64,000 bases of DNA, from positions 44,837 to 108,836 of the forward strand of contig JBEKPE010000001.1 in assembly GCA_049521055.1 (NCBI GenBank), read 5' to 3'. Source of the DNA: Candidatus Bathyarchaeia archaeon. Its GTDB lineage: Archaea; Thermoproteota; Bathyarchaeia; 40CM-2-53-6. A program made the translations under genes and the position numbers. Below the pieces are notes generated by a model. The model saw nothing but the letters and a program-made list of their open reading frames with translations, had not been told where the DNA came from and ran no database searches. This document shows, one piece after another, positions 37,480 to 47,583 of this stretch; positions within the stretch are counted from its first letter, which is position 1; the number at the start of each line of letters is the position of its first letter.

Positions 37480-38444
37480 GCAACATCGTCGAAGTAAACA
37501 ACCTCACAGTCTCCTTCATCGTTAGGGGAGGGAACCTATTGTTGTTCGAGAGAGGATCCGGGATGATGAACGTAGTTAACGACGTCACTTTCAATGTAAG
37601 AGAAGGTGAAACTTTTGGCTTGGCCGGTGAGACCGGTTCCGGGAAATCAATAATAGCTTGGGTTCTTGTCGGCCTGTTCAAGCCGAGGGCTGGGTCCGTA
37701 AAGTTACTGGGTAAGGAGATAAACTTCCGAAAGAAGACGGATGTGACTTACCTTAGGCGAAATGTCGGAATCGTCTTTCAAGATCCCGTCGGGTCGCTGA
37801 ACCCGCGTTTACGTGTCAAGGACATCATCAAGGAGGGGTTGGTGGCCGCGAAAACCTTCGACCGACGGGATTATGATAGCAGAATCGAAGAGACCATCGA
37901 TTTGGTAGGTTTGAGAAAGAGCTGCCTCGACGCATACCCGAAGGAGCTTAGCGGAGGTGAGAAGCAGAGAGTAAGTCTTGCTAGAGCTATTGCCGTGCCA
38001 AGAAAAATGTTGGTGCTCGACGAACCCACGAGTTCATTGGACGTATCGGTCCAGGCCCAAGTCTTGAACACATTGAAAGAATTGAAGTCAAAGTTACATC
38101 TCTCCTACTTCTTCATAACTCATGACATCAACGTCATGAAGTACATGAGCGACTCGCTTGGAATTCTCTACTATGGGAAACTCCTGGAAGTCGGACCGAC
38201 GTATGATGTTGTAACAAATCCTAAGCATCCCTTCACAGTGAGGCTGATGTCAAACGTCCCCGGAGTCACGCGAGCCGGACTTCCGCAGGTAGAAGATGGA
38301 GGGGAGCGTGGATCATCAGCGACCGGGTGCGTGTACAGTAAGGTTTGCCCACACGTCTTCGAAAGATGCAGTAATTCTCCACCAAGTTTCGCTTCAGGCC
38401 CTGAACATTTTGCCTCATGCTTCCTTCTCGATAAGAATAGTTAA
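37455..38444 (+). CDS. dppF: peptide ABC transporter ATP-binding protein (DppF/OppF-like)
   Basis: Walker A GETGSGKS and LSGGEKQR signature. Confidence 0.85.
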   Translation: MLVAREEMSNIVEVNNLTVSFIVRGGNLLLFERGSGMMNVVNDVTFNVREGETFGLAGETGSGKSIIAWVLVGLFKPRAGSVKLLGKEINFRKKTDVTYLRRNVGIVFQDPVGSLNPRLRVKDIIKEGLVAAKTFDRRDYDSRIEETIDLVGLRKSCLDAYPKELSGGEKQRVSLARAIAVPRKMLVLDEPTSSLDVSVQAQVLNTLKELKSKLHLSYFFITHDINVMKYMSDSLGILYYGKLLEVGPTYDVVTNPKHPFTVRLMSNVPGVTRAGLPQVEDGGERGSSATGCVYSKVCPHVFERCSNSPPSFASGPEHFASCFLLDKNS

Positions 38445-38462
38445 CGCTCTACGACTGTGGAA

Positions 38463-39440
38463 TTATCCTGAGGCTTGCTGTTGGGGTGTTCGTTGCTTTG
38501 CTAGTTCCTGTTTGAGAATTTCAGGCGCCTTCCCGAATACTCTTCCTTCGAAGAGGATGTAGGGTCTGACTTTCACGTCGGAAGCCTCCCTCGCGCCCTC
38601 GCCCAGGAAGCTGAAGCCAACAACGAGAAGCATTGTCACGAAGGCTGGGAAGAGGGCCTGCCACGGGTAACTGTAAAGGCCGTAACTGATGGAGCCGACC
38701 ATTATCCCAAGCTCAGGAGTATTTGGTGGAATTCCAATCCCCAAGAAGCCTAGTATGGATACTTCAAGCAGGGCGGTTCCGATATCGAGGGTTGCGTAAG
38801 TTAGGACGGAGGGCAATATGTTTGGGAGAATACCTTTCGCGATTATGTTGATGAACGATGAGTTCAATGCTTTCGAGATTGAGATGTAATCTTCCGCAAC
38901 AACCTCCAGTACGCCCCCCCTCACTAGCCTCACATAAGGCGGCCACCAAACGAACACGAACGCCAGCATCGCGTTGACCAAGCCCGCTCCTAACGTAGCG
39001 GCGACCGCTAACACCATTATGATCGTTGGAAAGGCCAGGAAGAGGTCGGTTATTCTCATGATGACCTCGTCCACAACGCCTCCAAGGTAGCCCGCGGCCA
39101 TACCGAGAAAGATTCCCAGCACCGACGAGAGCAGAACTATCGCGATCGGCAAGCCCAAGTCGATGGGCAAGGCAGCGATGACTCGAGAGAATATGTCTCT
39201 ACCCTGAAAATCCGTGCCAAAGAAATGGGCAAAGCTCGGCGGCAGGTTGGATTCCTGAAGATTCAGCGCGTATGGGCTGTAAGGAGTGATTCGCCCACCA
39301 AAGACCGCGAAAGCTACGGCTAAGGTCACGGATATGATTACGATAGCCAATCCAAAGGTTGAGAGCCGGTTGGACAGAACCAGTTGCCTGAACTTAAGTG
39401 ACTGCGCCGTTGCTACCACCGATTCCAATTCTAGGATCAA
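38463..39440 (-). CDS. dppC: peptide ABC transporter permease (DppC/OppC-like)
   Basis: BPD transport-system inner-membrane component. Confidence 0.8.
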   Translation of the reverse strand: MILELESVVATAQSLKFRQLVLSNRLSTFGLAIVIISVTLAVAFAVFGGRITPYSPYALNLQESNLPPSFAHFFGTDFQGRDIFSRVIAALPIDLGLPIAIVLLSSVLGIFLGMAAGYLGGVVDEVIMRITDLFLAFPTIIMVLAVAATLGAGLVNAMLAFVFVWWPPYVRLVRGGVLEVVAEDYISISKALNSSFINIIAKGILPNILPSVLTYATLDIGTALLEVSILGFLGIGIPPNTPELGIMVGSISYGLYSYPWQALFPAFVTMLLVVGFSFLGEGAREASDVKVRPYILFEGRVFGKAPEILKQELAKQRTPQQQASG

Positions 39441-40450
39441 GAAGCGAATAGGCTACATCCGCAACGAAGTTAGCCACAATCACACCGAGAGTGAATACCA
39501 CCACGATGGGAATCAGAACAGGATAATCGCTGCTGAAAATTGCCTGGTAAGCAAACTGACCTAAACCAGGCCACGCGAACAACTCCTCAACCACCAGAGT
39601 GCTGGTTAGAACCCAACCGAAAATTACAGCGCTGAGACTTGTCGCGTCGATCAATGCATTTCGCAGAATATGCTTACGCCTAACTTCGCTTTCACTCAAC
39701 CCCTTGGCCCGCGCGGTCTTCACGTGCGTTGACCACCGCACATTTAGAATCGAGGATCGAACCGCTCTCGAAATTAAACCAAAATTCACGAAGGCAAGAG
39801 CCGCGGCTGGAAGAATCAAATGTTGAAGTCCCGATAAGAACGCGGACACGTTGAGACCAAGAAGTGCGTCAATTAGGAAGATGCCCGTCACGGGTTGAGG
39901 CGGCGTGATAGATAACGAGTACATACCGCCTGACGGAAGTAGTGGAAGGTAATTTGCGAAGACCAGAATGGCAACGATTGCTGCCAGGTACATTGGCGTC
40001 GACCAAGAAACTAGGTAGATCACCCTGGCGACCGAGTCCCCAAGAGTGCTGAAGTGCATTCCCGCGAAGTACCCTAAGAGTATCCCTACTATGAGGAGGA
40101 GGACGAATGAGGAGAGCACTAGCTCAAGAGTATTTGGCAGGTAGAATCGAATTTCTGAGAGAATTGTTTGGCCAGTTAACGGGTCGATGCCGAAGTTTCC
40201 GGTGAAGAGGTCTCGCATGAAGTAGTAATATTGCGAGTAGAGGGGCTCATTCAAATGGTATCTTACAGCTACGGCCAGAATCGTGGACTCACGGGCCCTC
40301 GGCCCCGCCCACAGCCGTGCCGGGTCAGGGTTGAGGATGTGCGAGATGAAGAAAATTATAGTAACGGTTCCTATGGATACGAGTAGGGAGCCTACTATTC
40401 TTCTTCCAAGAACGGGAAGAAAATCTTTGAAGTAGACCAGAACCAGTCAT
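39394..40450 (-). CDS. dppB: peptide ABC transporter permease (DppB/OppB-like), apparent +1 frameshift just after ATG
   Basis: The ORF-track gene (TTG start at 40254) lacks the N-terminus. The in-frame upstream extension reads LVLVYFKDFLPVLGRRIVGSLL..., typical of DppB. ATG at 40448-40450 is out of frame by one base. Confidence 0.7.
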
Positions 40451-42301
40451 CTATGAAGAGTAATGCACCGTATTATAGAACATGAAGTATCCCATACCCG
40501 ACCCGGCTGGGTTAGGAACCATCCCGACTACATTGCTTCTATTTGCCGCCATGAAGTAGGGCACGTATAGCCAAATGTCCGTGTAGTCATAATACATGGC
40601 TTGGGTAATTTGTCGAAAGTTCTGAATTATTGTACCTTGATCAAGTGCAGTTGCCGCTGACGCCGTCCAACCCGCAACGGTCGAGTTAGAATATCCGGAG
40701 AATCCGACTTGGCCGGTTGTAGTTAAAGCGGACACGTAATCTATGCTCGCGGTGTAGTCTTCACTATAGTAGCTAATCCCGAAGGGGTAAGCGGTACTGT
40801 TAACGTTTCCAGTCGAGGTTACCACATTGGCGTACTGTTTGAACGTAAGTGGGCTGAGAGTAATTGAGACCCCGACCGCCTGGAGCTCGGATGATATGAT
40901 TTGCGCCGTTTGACTCTCAGGCGAATTGTCAGCGTCATAAAGAAAGTTCACTGAAGGGAAAGATTTCCCGCTGGGGTTGAGAGTTGTTCCGTTTGGTAGG
41001 GTGGACTTGTAACCGACTTGAGCAAGTAACGAGGCCGCCATGACTGGATCATACTGATAGGGCTGAAGGCCCGCGATGGATTCATTGTAGTCGGGGAAGC
41101 CGGGTGGAACCGGACCGATCCATTGAGTTGCCAAATCATCGTACACTGAATGAATTATGGACTTGTAATCAATCGCGTAAGAGACGGCTTCTCTAACTCG
41201 ACGGTCCTGAAAAGGCGGGAATGCGTATGGATCCATGTAAACGAAGATTATACTTGCCGATGAGCCGAAAGCCGTAGGCAAGATAGTCGTGGTAATACCC
41301 GAAGCCTGTTTCAAAACGTTGTATTGAGTCGAAGGCGCAATTATCATTTGAGCCGTGTTGGATTGTAAATCAGCGATCATCGCGGACGAGGCTTTGTAGT
41401 AGAAGCTAATGCTGTTAAGAATCGCCGGCTGAATCGCGTAATTGCTTTCAGATGTTGAAAGATTTGTTCCCCAATAATTCTGATTCTTGATTAGCGTTAC
41501 GCTCTGTCCCTGAACCCAAGACTGCAATTCGTAGAAACTGGTTCCTAAGGCGTTGGTTTCCATGTAATTGTTCGGTTGCCCCGCAACTACGCCGCCGTTC
41601 GCTTCCACAACTTTCGGATCCACAGCCATGGCCATTGGCGTAATGAGGGTCGCCGCAAACGCGGAATACGGTGCATTACCGTTGTAACCGTATCCGAGGT
41701 GTAGGATCAGTTGATCGGGTGAAACGGCTTGAACCGATTGGTTTGCAAAAGTCAAGTAACTAAGATCCTTCGGTGAAGGGTTCGTGTAGTTGATGGAATT
41801 TAGTATGCTGTCGGTTATGTTGAATCCTGCGCCGTTTGTTGTACCCAGATTTTGGCCAAGAATCCAAGCAGGTGCTTGATTCATGACAAGCGTCCTGTAT
41901 ATCGAGAACCACATTACGTACGCATTGAATGGATCCCCATTGCTGAACGTCACTCCCGGCCTGAGCGAGAATGTGTAGGTCATTCCGTCGGAAGAAACAG
42001 TCCAATTCTGAGCGAGGACACCGATGTATGTGCTGTAGCTCGTGCCGTCCGGCGCTAATAGTCCTTGGTAGAGTTGCTCGATGATTTCCCACCCAGGAGT
42101 CGTATACCCAACCGCCGGATCCAACGAATCAGGCTGACTCTCCTCCTCCACTACTATTGACGTGGGGAGTTGACTAGTTGTAGTGCTTGGCGTCTTGATC
42201 ATGGAATAAAAGTAGACTGCGCCCACGACTGCGACTATCAAGACCACAATTATTGCGACGGCTTGTATCTTTCCAATGCCCAACTTCTGCAAAAGATTCA
42301 C
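40451..42301 (-). CDS. dppA: peptide ABC transporter substrate-binding protein (family 5) with N-terminal membrane anchor
   Basis: N-terminal TM, Thr/Ser-rich linker and large SBP_bac_5-like body. Confidence 0.8.
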   Translation of the reverse strand: MNLLQKLGIGKIQAVAIIVVLIVAVVGAVYFYSMIKTPSTTTSQLPTSIVVEEESQPDSLDPAVGYTTPGWEIIEQLYQGLLAPDGTSYSTYIGVLAQNWTVSSDGMTYTFSLRPGVTFSNGDPFNAYVMWFSIYRTLVMNQAPAWILGQNLGTTNGAGFNITDSILNSINYTNPSPKDLSYLTFANQSVQAVSPDQLILHLGYGYNGNAPYSAFAATLITPMAMAVDPKVVEANGGVVAGQPNNYMETNALGTSFYELQSWVQGQSVTLIKNQNYWGTNLSTSESNYAIQPAILNSISFYYKASSAMIADLQSNTAQMIIAPSTQYNVLKQASGITTTILPTAFGSSASIIFVYMDPYAFPPFQDRRVREAVSYAIDYKSIIHSVYDDLATQWIGPVPPGFPDYNESIAGLQPYQYDPVMAASLLAQVGYKSTLPNGTTLNPSGKSFPSVNFLYDADNSPESQTAQIISSELQAVGVSITLSPLTFKQYANVVTSTGNVNSTAYPFGISYYSEDYTASIDYVSALTTTGQVGFSGYSNSTVAGWTASAATALDQGTIIQNFRQITQAMYYDYTDIWLYVPYFMAANRSNVVGMVPNPAGSGMGYFMFYNTVHYSS

Positions 42302-42330
42302 CCAATGAGAAATCGACTAGTTACGTGTAG

Positions 42331-43050
42331 ATGATAGCCCAAGAACCCAATTTTAACATTTGGCATTTGACATCTGAATCGCTCTCCTTGAATCTACTCA
42401 CATGGGTTCGAATTCCTTCAAGCTTCATATGGAGCGAATATGTACCTCGATTGGCTTCGTTAATGGATGCGAACTATGCGCAGCAATGTCCCAGCTGCGA
42501 CAATAACTCTGTACTTACTAGCCAAACAGAATATGAGGTGGAGCACTTCGGGGCTGTTTTGCTAAGCGTAGCAAGATGCCAAATATGCGGCTACAGGCAC
42601 TCAGATGTAATCATGCTGGCTAATCATGAAGCCATTGCCTTAACTGCCAAGATAAGTTCCCTCGACGATCTGAACATGCGAGTGATCAAATCCGGAACCG
42701 CAACGATCAGCATCCCGGAATTTGGAGCGGCCATTACCCCAGGCCCATATAGCGAGGGTTACATCTCAAACGTAGAAGGCCTCCTCGAGAAAGTAGAAGA
42801 TGCCCTAACATTCATGCTCAGTACCGCGAAAGGAAAACGCCTGAAAAAGGGAGAGACAATGTTGAAGAAAATGCGGATTGCACGCGATTCGAAGCCCCGA
42901 TTCACCCTTATTATCAAAGACCCCCTCGGAAATAGCACGATCGTGTCGCCAAAACCCGGAAAAATAAGAAAACGCAAGTTGACAAATCGAGAACTACGGA
43001 CCATCAAGTTTGGCCAGTATGCGGTTTTGGAAGAGGTAACTCAGCACTGA
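42331..43050 (+). CDS. ZPR1-type zinc-finger protein
   Basis: CPSCDN...CQICGY zinc ribbon and DPLGNS motif. The real start is probably the Met near 42463. Confidence 0.6.
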   Translation: MIAQEPNFNIWHLTSESLSLNLLTWVRIPSSFIWSEYVPRLASLMDANYAQQCPSCDNNSVLTSQTEYEVEHFGAVLLSVARCQICGYRHSDVIMLANHEAIALTAKISSLDDLNMRVIKSGTATISIPEFGAAITPGPYSEGYISNVEGLLEKVEDALTFMLSTAKGKRLKKGETMLKKMRIARDSKPRFTLIIKDPLGNSTIVSPKPGKIRKRKLTNRELRTIKFGQYAVLEEVTQH

Positions 43051-43083
43051 AACTTTGGGTACAAAACTGATGGGGTAACAGCT

Positions 43084-44109
43084 TTGCAGGAACAGCCGAT
43101 CGGGTGGAGCAATGGGATACTTGTGAATACCGGCTCGTCCCGCCTGCTTTTCGATCCGACCCTGGGTAGGCGTTTAGGTGAGGATTGGAACGTTTTCATC
43201 ACTCACGCTCATTCAGACCATACCTATGGCTTTGGAACTTCCGCGAGAAAACATTCCACTCCAGAGACCCTGCGTATCTACGAATCACTTTCAAAGCGTA
43301 CAGTCAAGAACGATCAGACCATAAGGATCGGGGAGAAAATGCGATTTGATGACACTGAAATCAGGGTCCTCGATGCAGGCCACATGCTTGGTTCCTGCCA
43401 GTTTCAATTGATCACTCCTGAATTTACGGCATTGTATACGGGCGACATCAACTGTGTCGACACACTGACGACTAAGGCAGCCAAAGCTGAGCGCTGCGAT
43501 TTTCTAATTATAGAAGCGACGTATGGGCATCCGTCATACGTATTCCCCCAAAGAGACACCATATACGCCGACATCATACGATGGACAATGACGGAGATTA
43601 ATGATGGCAAGTTACCAACTTTCCAAGTTTACTCATCAGGAAAACCGCAAGACATCGTCCGCCTCTTCAACGTCTACACCAAAATCCCAGTCGTATGCGC
43701 GCCGGGCATAGCCGCGGCAAACCTTGTCCACAATGAAAACGGCGTTCAACTTGACTATCTAGATTCTTCGACCGATGAGGGAAAGCACGTGTTGAAATCG
43801 AGTGGATGCGTCTACGTTACGACCAGTCGTGGAAATCAAGTGCCGCAAAATGCTTCAAGAGCAGTTGCGACTGGTTGGGCTCTTCGAGAGGCTTTTCGCA
43901 GTTTCACTGCATTCCCCTTGAGTAGCCATGCGGACTATAATCAGCTCATGCAATTTATCGCGGCCGTCAACCCGAAAGCAGTATTCATCTTCACAGGATA
44001 CATAGATCTGTTATCGGCTCAGATAGAAAGAAAGCTAGGCATCAAAGCTGGGCCACTGCCTGTACTCGCGCAGACGAATTTAGCTGATTTTACTCGAAAG
44101 GCTACTTGA
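43084..44109 (+). CDS. metallo-beta-lactamase fold / beta-CASP-like nuclease
   Basis: HAHSDH metal motif, DAGHMLGS and IIEATYG. Confidence 0.7.
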   Translation: MQEQPIGWSNGILVNTGSSRLLFDPTLGRRLGEDWNVFITHAHSDHTYGFGTSARKHSTPETLRIYESLSKRTVKNDQTIRIGEKMRFDDTEIRVLDAGHMLGSCQFQLITPEFTALYTGDINCVDTLTTKAAKAERCDFLIIEATYGHPSYVFPQRDTIYADIIRWTMTEINDGKLPTFQVYSSGKPQDIVRLFNVYTKIPVVCAPGIAAANLVHNENGVQLDYLDSSTDEGKHVLKSSGCVYVTTSRGNQVPQNASRAVATGWALREAFRSFTAFPLSSHADYNQLMQFIAAVNPKAVFIFTGYIDLLSAQIERKLGIKAGPLPVLAQTNLADFTRKAT

Positions 44110-44281
44110 AAGTCAGATACATGAAGAGGCTTACGGCGACAAGGCCGATTGCTCCCATGACTACGACCTCGGGCCTTACCTTTACCCCCGGGGTTTCCTC
44201 CTCAAAGAACCGAAGTAAGCCAGCGCTGGCGGCGGGCATTGGTGATTCTCGTTTGCGCCTTTTCTCACGTGCGGTTGACAT
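44102..44281 (-). CDS. preprotein translocase subunit Sec61-beta/SecG (59 aa; below ORF-track cutoff)
   Basis: Hand translation gives MSTAREKRRKRESPMPAASAGLLRFFEEETPGVKVRPEVVVMGAIGLVAVSLFMYLTFK*. AGLLRFFEEE...PGVKV.P plus a single TM is the archaeal Sec61-beta signature. Confidence 0.55.
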   Translation of the reverse strand: MSTAREKRRKRESPMPAASAGLLRFFEEETPGVKVRPEVVVMGAIGLVAVSLFMYLTFK

Positions 44282-44525
44282 TGCTTACTAGATACCTACT
44301 TCCTGGTTTCGGACGGCATCCAATTAAACTTTCATTCTCATTGGGCCATGAAAGGGGGGTTTACCGGATTTCGATGTATTCGTGGGCGCTCTTGACGCTT
44401 TCGAAGCAGTAATGACCCAAGAAAGGCAAATACAAAAAACACCGCTGCGAGCAACCGTTATTCAATTCATCAATAGCGATAAGATTTTCTATCGATAACG
44501 GCAAGTTCGTCTAGAGTGTGATGAA

Positions 44526-45869
44526 ATGAGTTTTTACACTGAATTAAATATTTTGAGTAAGCTGGATCCTGAGCTTGCGGCTATTGTCAAAAAAGAAGTG
44601 GAGAGACAAGAAAACGGACTTGAAATGATCCCTTCAGAAAATTATGTTCATCCCGCACTTTTCGAGGCAATGGGATCAATTTTAACTAACAAATATTCAG
44701 AAGGTTATCCCGGCAAGAGATACTATGGTGGAAATGAGATTGTTGACATTATCGAGAGATTGGCTATAGAGAGAGCAAAGAGAGCTTTTGGTGTTGTCCA
44801 TGTGAATGTTCAACCATATTCAGGAAGCCCAGCCAATTTTGCAGTGTATGTTGCAATTTGCAAGATAGGTGATACTGTTATGGGATTGAATCTTCCAGAT
44901 GGTGGCCATCTAACACATGGATGGAAAGCAAGCGTAACTGGACAATTCTTTAACAGCATTCCTTATCATGTCAAACCAGACGGCTACATAGATTTAGATG
45001 AGGTGAGAAGACTAGCCAAAGAAAATAATCCAAAAATCATCTGGGTTGGGGCAACTGCTTACGTTCGAGAATTTCCATTCCAAGAACTTGGAGAAATTGC
45101 AGACGACGTTGGAAGTTATTTAGTTGCTGACATAGCACACATAGCAGGTTTGATTGTAGCAGGCGCTCACAAATCCCCCGTGCCATATGCGCACATCATA
45201 ACAACAACCACCCACAAAACTCTGAGAGGCCCCAGAGGAGCAATGATAATGGTTACAGAAAAAGGATTAAAAAAAGATCCTGAGCTCCCTGCTAAAATTG
45301 ACCGAGCCATTTTCCCAGGTCTTCAAGGTGGCCCTCATGATCATACAACAGCCGCAATAGCTGCTGCTTTAGGATTTGCCTTGAGACCAGAATTCAAAGA
45401 ATATGGGAAACAAATCGTGAAGAATGCAAAAGCATTAGCTCAATCTTTGATGGATAATAAAATAAAATTAGTTACCAATGGAACTGATAACCACATGGTT
45501 CTCATAGATTTAACCGCGTTTGGAAAAGGAAAAGGAATTTTTGTGCAAGAGGCGCTTGATGCTGCAGGTATAACTGTAAACAAAAACACAATACCAGGTG
45601 AACCATCTTCTCCGTTCTATCCGAGTGGAATAAGACTAGGAACTCCCGCACTAACATCAAGAGGGATGAAGGAAAATGAGATGGCGTTGATTGGCAGCTG
45701 GATGGCTAAAATAATTTTTGCAGTCAAAAATTACGAACTGCCTGAAGATAAAAACCAGAGAAATGCAGTATTGAAACAATTCAGAGAGGATACAAAACAG
45801 AATGATACAATCAAGAAGACGAGACAGAGTGTTATAGATCTCTGCAAAGAGTTTCCACTCTACAGATAA
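44526..45869 (+). CDS. glyA: serine hydroxymethyltransferase
   Basis: Full-length SHMT with PLP-lysine region TTTTHKTLRGPRG. The gene is markedly AT-rich relative to its neighbours. Confidence 0.9.
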   Translation: MSFYTELNILSKLDPELAAIVKKEVERQENGLEMIPSENYVHPALFEAMGSILTNKYSEGYPGKRYYGGNEIVDIIERLAIERAKRAFGVVHVNVQPYSGSPANFAVYVAICKIGDTVMGLNLPDGGHLTHGWKASVTGQFFNSIPYHVKPDGYIDLDEVRRLAKENNPKIIWVGATAYVREFPFQELGEIADDVGSYLVADIAHIAGLIVAGAHKSPVPYAHIITTTTHKTLRGPRGAMIMVTEKGLKKDPELPAKIDRAIFPGLQGGPHDHTTAAIAAALGFALRPEFKEYGKQIVKNAKALAQSLMDNKIKLVTNGTDNHMVLIDLTAFGKGKGIFVQEALDAAGITVNKNTIPGEPSSPFYPSGIRLGTPALTSRGMKENEMALIGSWMAKIIFAVKNYELPEDKNQRNAVLKQFREDTKQNDTIKKTRQSVIDLCKEFPLYR

Positions 45870-46155
45870 GATTTTGTAGTTGTCATGTTAGTTTCAGAGG
45901 TTATTCTTGATTTAATCAAAATAGATTTATTCGCATACCAGAATTGGGCTTTCTTTTTTTGGTCCATGGTTTGCTGGTGTGGTGGTGTCATCACTGGTGT
46001 GACCGTCGTAATCCGGACCGTAACAACCTTTCCAAGGTGGCAACTTTGAATGTGACAGGGCTTTCTTCAGTGACGTGACGCGCTTACCTTCAACAAAGGT
46101 CAACTCGCCGCCTGGCTTGCGGGGTCATGAAGTAGCATAGGTCTTGTACTGGGCG

Positions 46156-46176
46156 TTTCGTGTGTGTGCCACACGG
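46156..46176. repeat. partial copy R7 of palindromic repeat (TTTCGTGTGTGTGCCACACGG)
   Basis: GTGTGTGTGCC/CACAC arms at the edge of the AT-rich glyA segment. Confidence 0.4.
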
Positions 46177-46254
46177 AGTGTTCCCTAGGCTCTAAATTCC
46201 TTTGCCCTGAATATCTTACCGTAACGCCGAAGTCTATCTGGTTTCTTGGTTTCA

Positions 46255-46617
46255 TTAGCCTATACTTAGGTTCCAGAAGTAACCCAAAATGAGGCTGACA
46301 ATCAGAATCAGCATCACCGAACCTGTAACGATGACGAACTTCCGGTCATGATTCGCTGCAAAAACCAGGACTGACAGGAAAACTCGCGTAATGGGAGTCG
46401 CAATTAACACGATTGTCCCAACCATTAGAATTGCAGAGGCACGCAACGCGGTCAGTTGTTGAACAAAATCATTCATGCTCGTGTATCTTACCAACGTAGC
46501 CTGCATTGGGTTGGGGTTCTGTAAGAAGAACAGGATTATCCCGAATATGTAAACGACGGAGCTTGAAATCATACCTACGACCAAAACGGCGTACATTGCC
46601 CTATTCAAATCCACCAT
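46255..46617 (-). CDS. DUF1634-like small membrane protein (partner of TauE/SafE)
   Basis: 120 aa, 3-4 TM, immediately downstream of the TauE-like gene. Confidence 0.5.
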   Translation of the reverse strand: MVDLNRAMYAVLVVGMISSSVVYIFGIILFFLQNPNPMQATLVRYTSMNDFVQQLTALRASAILMVGTIVLIATPITRVFLSVLVFAANHDRKFVIVTGSVMLILIVSLILGYFWNLSIG

Positions 46618-46623
46618 TGTGAT

Positions 46624-47529
46624 TCACCCCAACATCGGTATCATGATTCCAAACGACGCGAGTGCTTGCACGAACATGGTATATGCCAAATATGTGACTA
46701 AGAAACCGAACGCGACCTTCAAAGCGTAACTATGAAGCCTGTTCATAATCGAGGTGCCAAGCGTGGCGCCTAGCGTTGTCCCAAGCGCGATCGGTGCAAG
46801 GACGTACACGTTCACCAATCCGGTAACAAAGAAGATGAGTGCGCCAACAGCCGCTGTAACGCCTATCATGAACTTGCTTGTTGCGACGGCTCCTTTCAGG
46901 GGAACGTTCATGAAGAGATTCATGGCTGCGACCTTGATGATTCCCCCTCCAACTCCAAGCAAACCGGCAGTAACTCCTGCGAAGCTGGAAATTACCGCCC
47001 CCTTGGCGGCTCCATTGACTTGGTAATCCACTTGCTTCCTTTGTGCAGCGTCGAAGTAGGATCCTTTGAGTCCCAAGTACTTCGAGATGCGGTCTTGTTT
47101 TGCGTTAGCGAATTCATTCTTGGCGATTCGCCTTTCATCCATTGATCTTGACTTGAAATTCGCGATTGCAACGTATGATAGTAATAGTCCGAAGATCGTG
47201 AATAGTACCCAGCTTCGGAGAAGTAGCGCCACAACGCTACCTACGAGAGCCCCAGCGGTCGTAGCCACTTCAAGATACATAGCGAGCTTGATGTTTGTGA
47301 TTTTCTGCTCTAGATATGATGATCCACCGGCATTCGAGGTCGCGATCACTGAAACGAGGCTGATCGCTATGGCCTGATGAATTGGCACGCCCATAAACAC
47401 CGTTAGAAATGGAACGATGATAGCTCCGCCTCCTATACCGAAGAGACCGCCGAAGAAACCCGCAAACACCGCGGTCAAGAAACAGATCGCCAAAAAACTG
47501 AGAGTTATTTCAATCAAAGCATGCATCAC
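46624..47529 (-). CDS. TauE/SafE (DUF81) family anion exporter
   Basis: Internal duplication with FGIGGG / LLGVGGG motifs. Confidence 0.75.
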   Translation of the reverse strand: MMHALIEITLSFLAICFLTAVFAGFFGGLFGIGGGAIIVPFLTVFMGVPIHQAIAISLVSVIATSNAGGSSYLEQKITNIKLAMYLEVATTAGALVGSVVALLLRSWVLFTIFGLLLSYVAIANFKSRSMDERRIAKNEFANAKQDRISKYLGLKGSYFDAAQRKQVDYQVNGAAKGAVISSFAGVTAGLLGVGGGIIKVAAMNLFMNVPLKGAVATSKFMIGVTAAVGALIFFVTGLVNVYVLAPIALGTTLGATLGTSIMNRLHSYALKVAFGFLVTYLAYTMFVQALASFGIMIPMLG

Positions 47530-47583
47530 CGGTGATTGCGAGTTGGGCCCTGTATGTGTAGGGGCTATGTGCCTTTCTACCAG

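Noticed and set aside
44106-44291. Plus-strand 61-aa ORF from the track
   Set aside because: It is antisense to a convincing Sec61-beta gene on the minus strand and is a frame artefact.
45960-46135. Minus-strand approximately 59-aa frame (LTFVEGKRVTSLKKALSHSKLPPWKGCYGPDYDGHTSDDTTTP...)
   Set aside because: It has only a TTG start, a low-complexity composition and no recognisable family. It lies in the AT-rich acquired segment and is probably non-coding.
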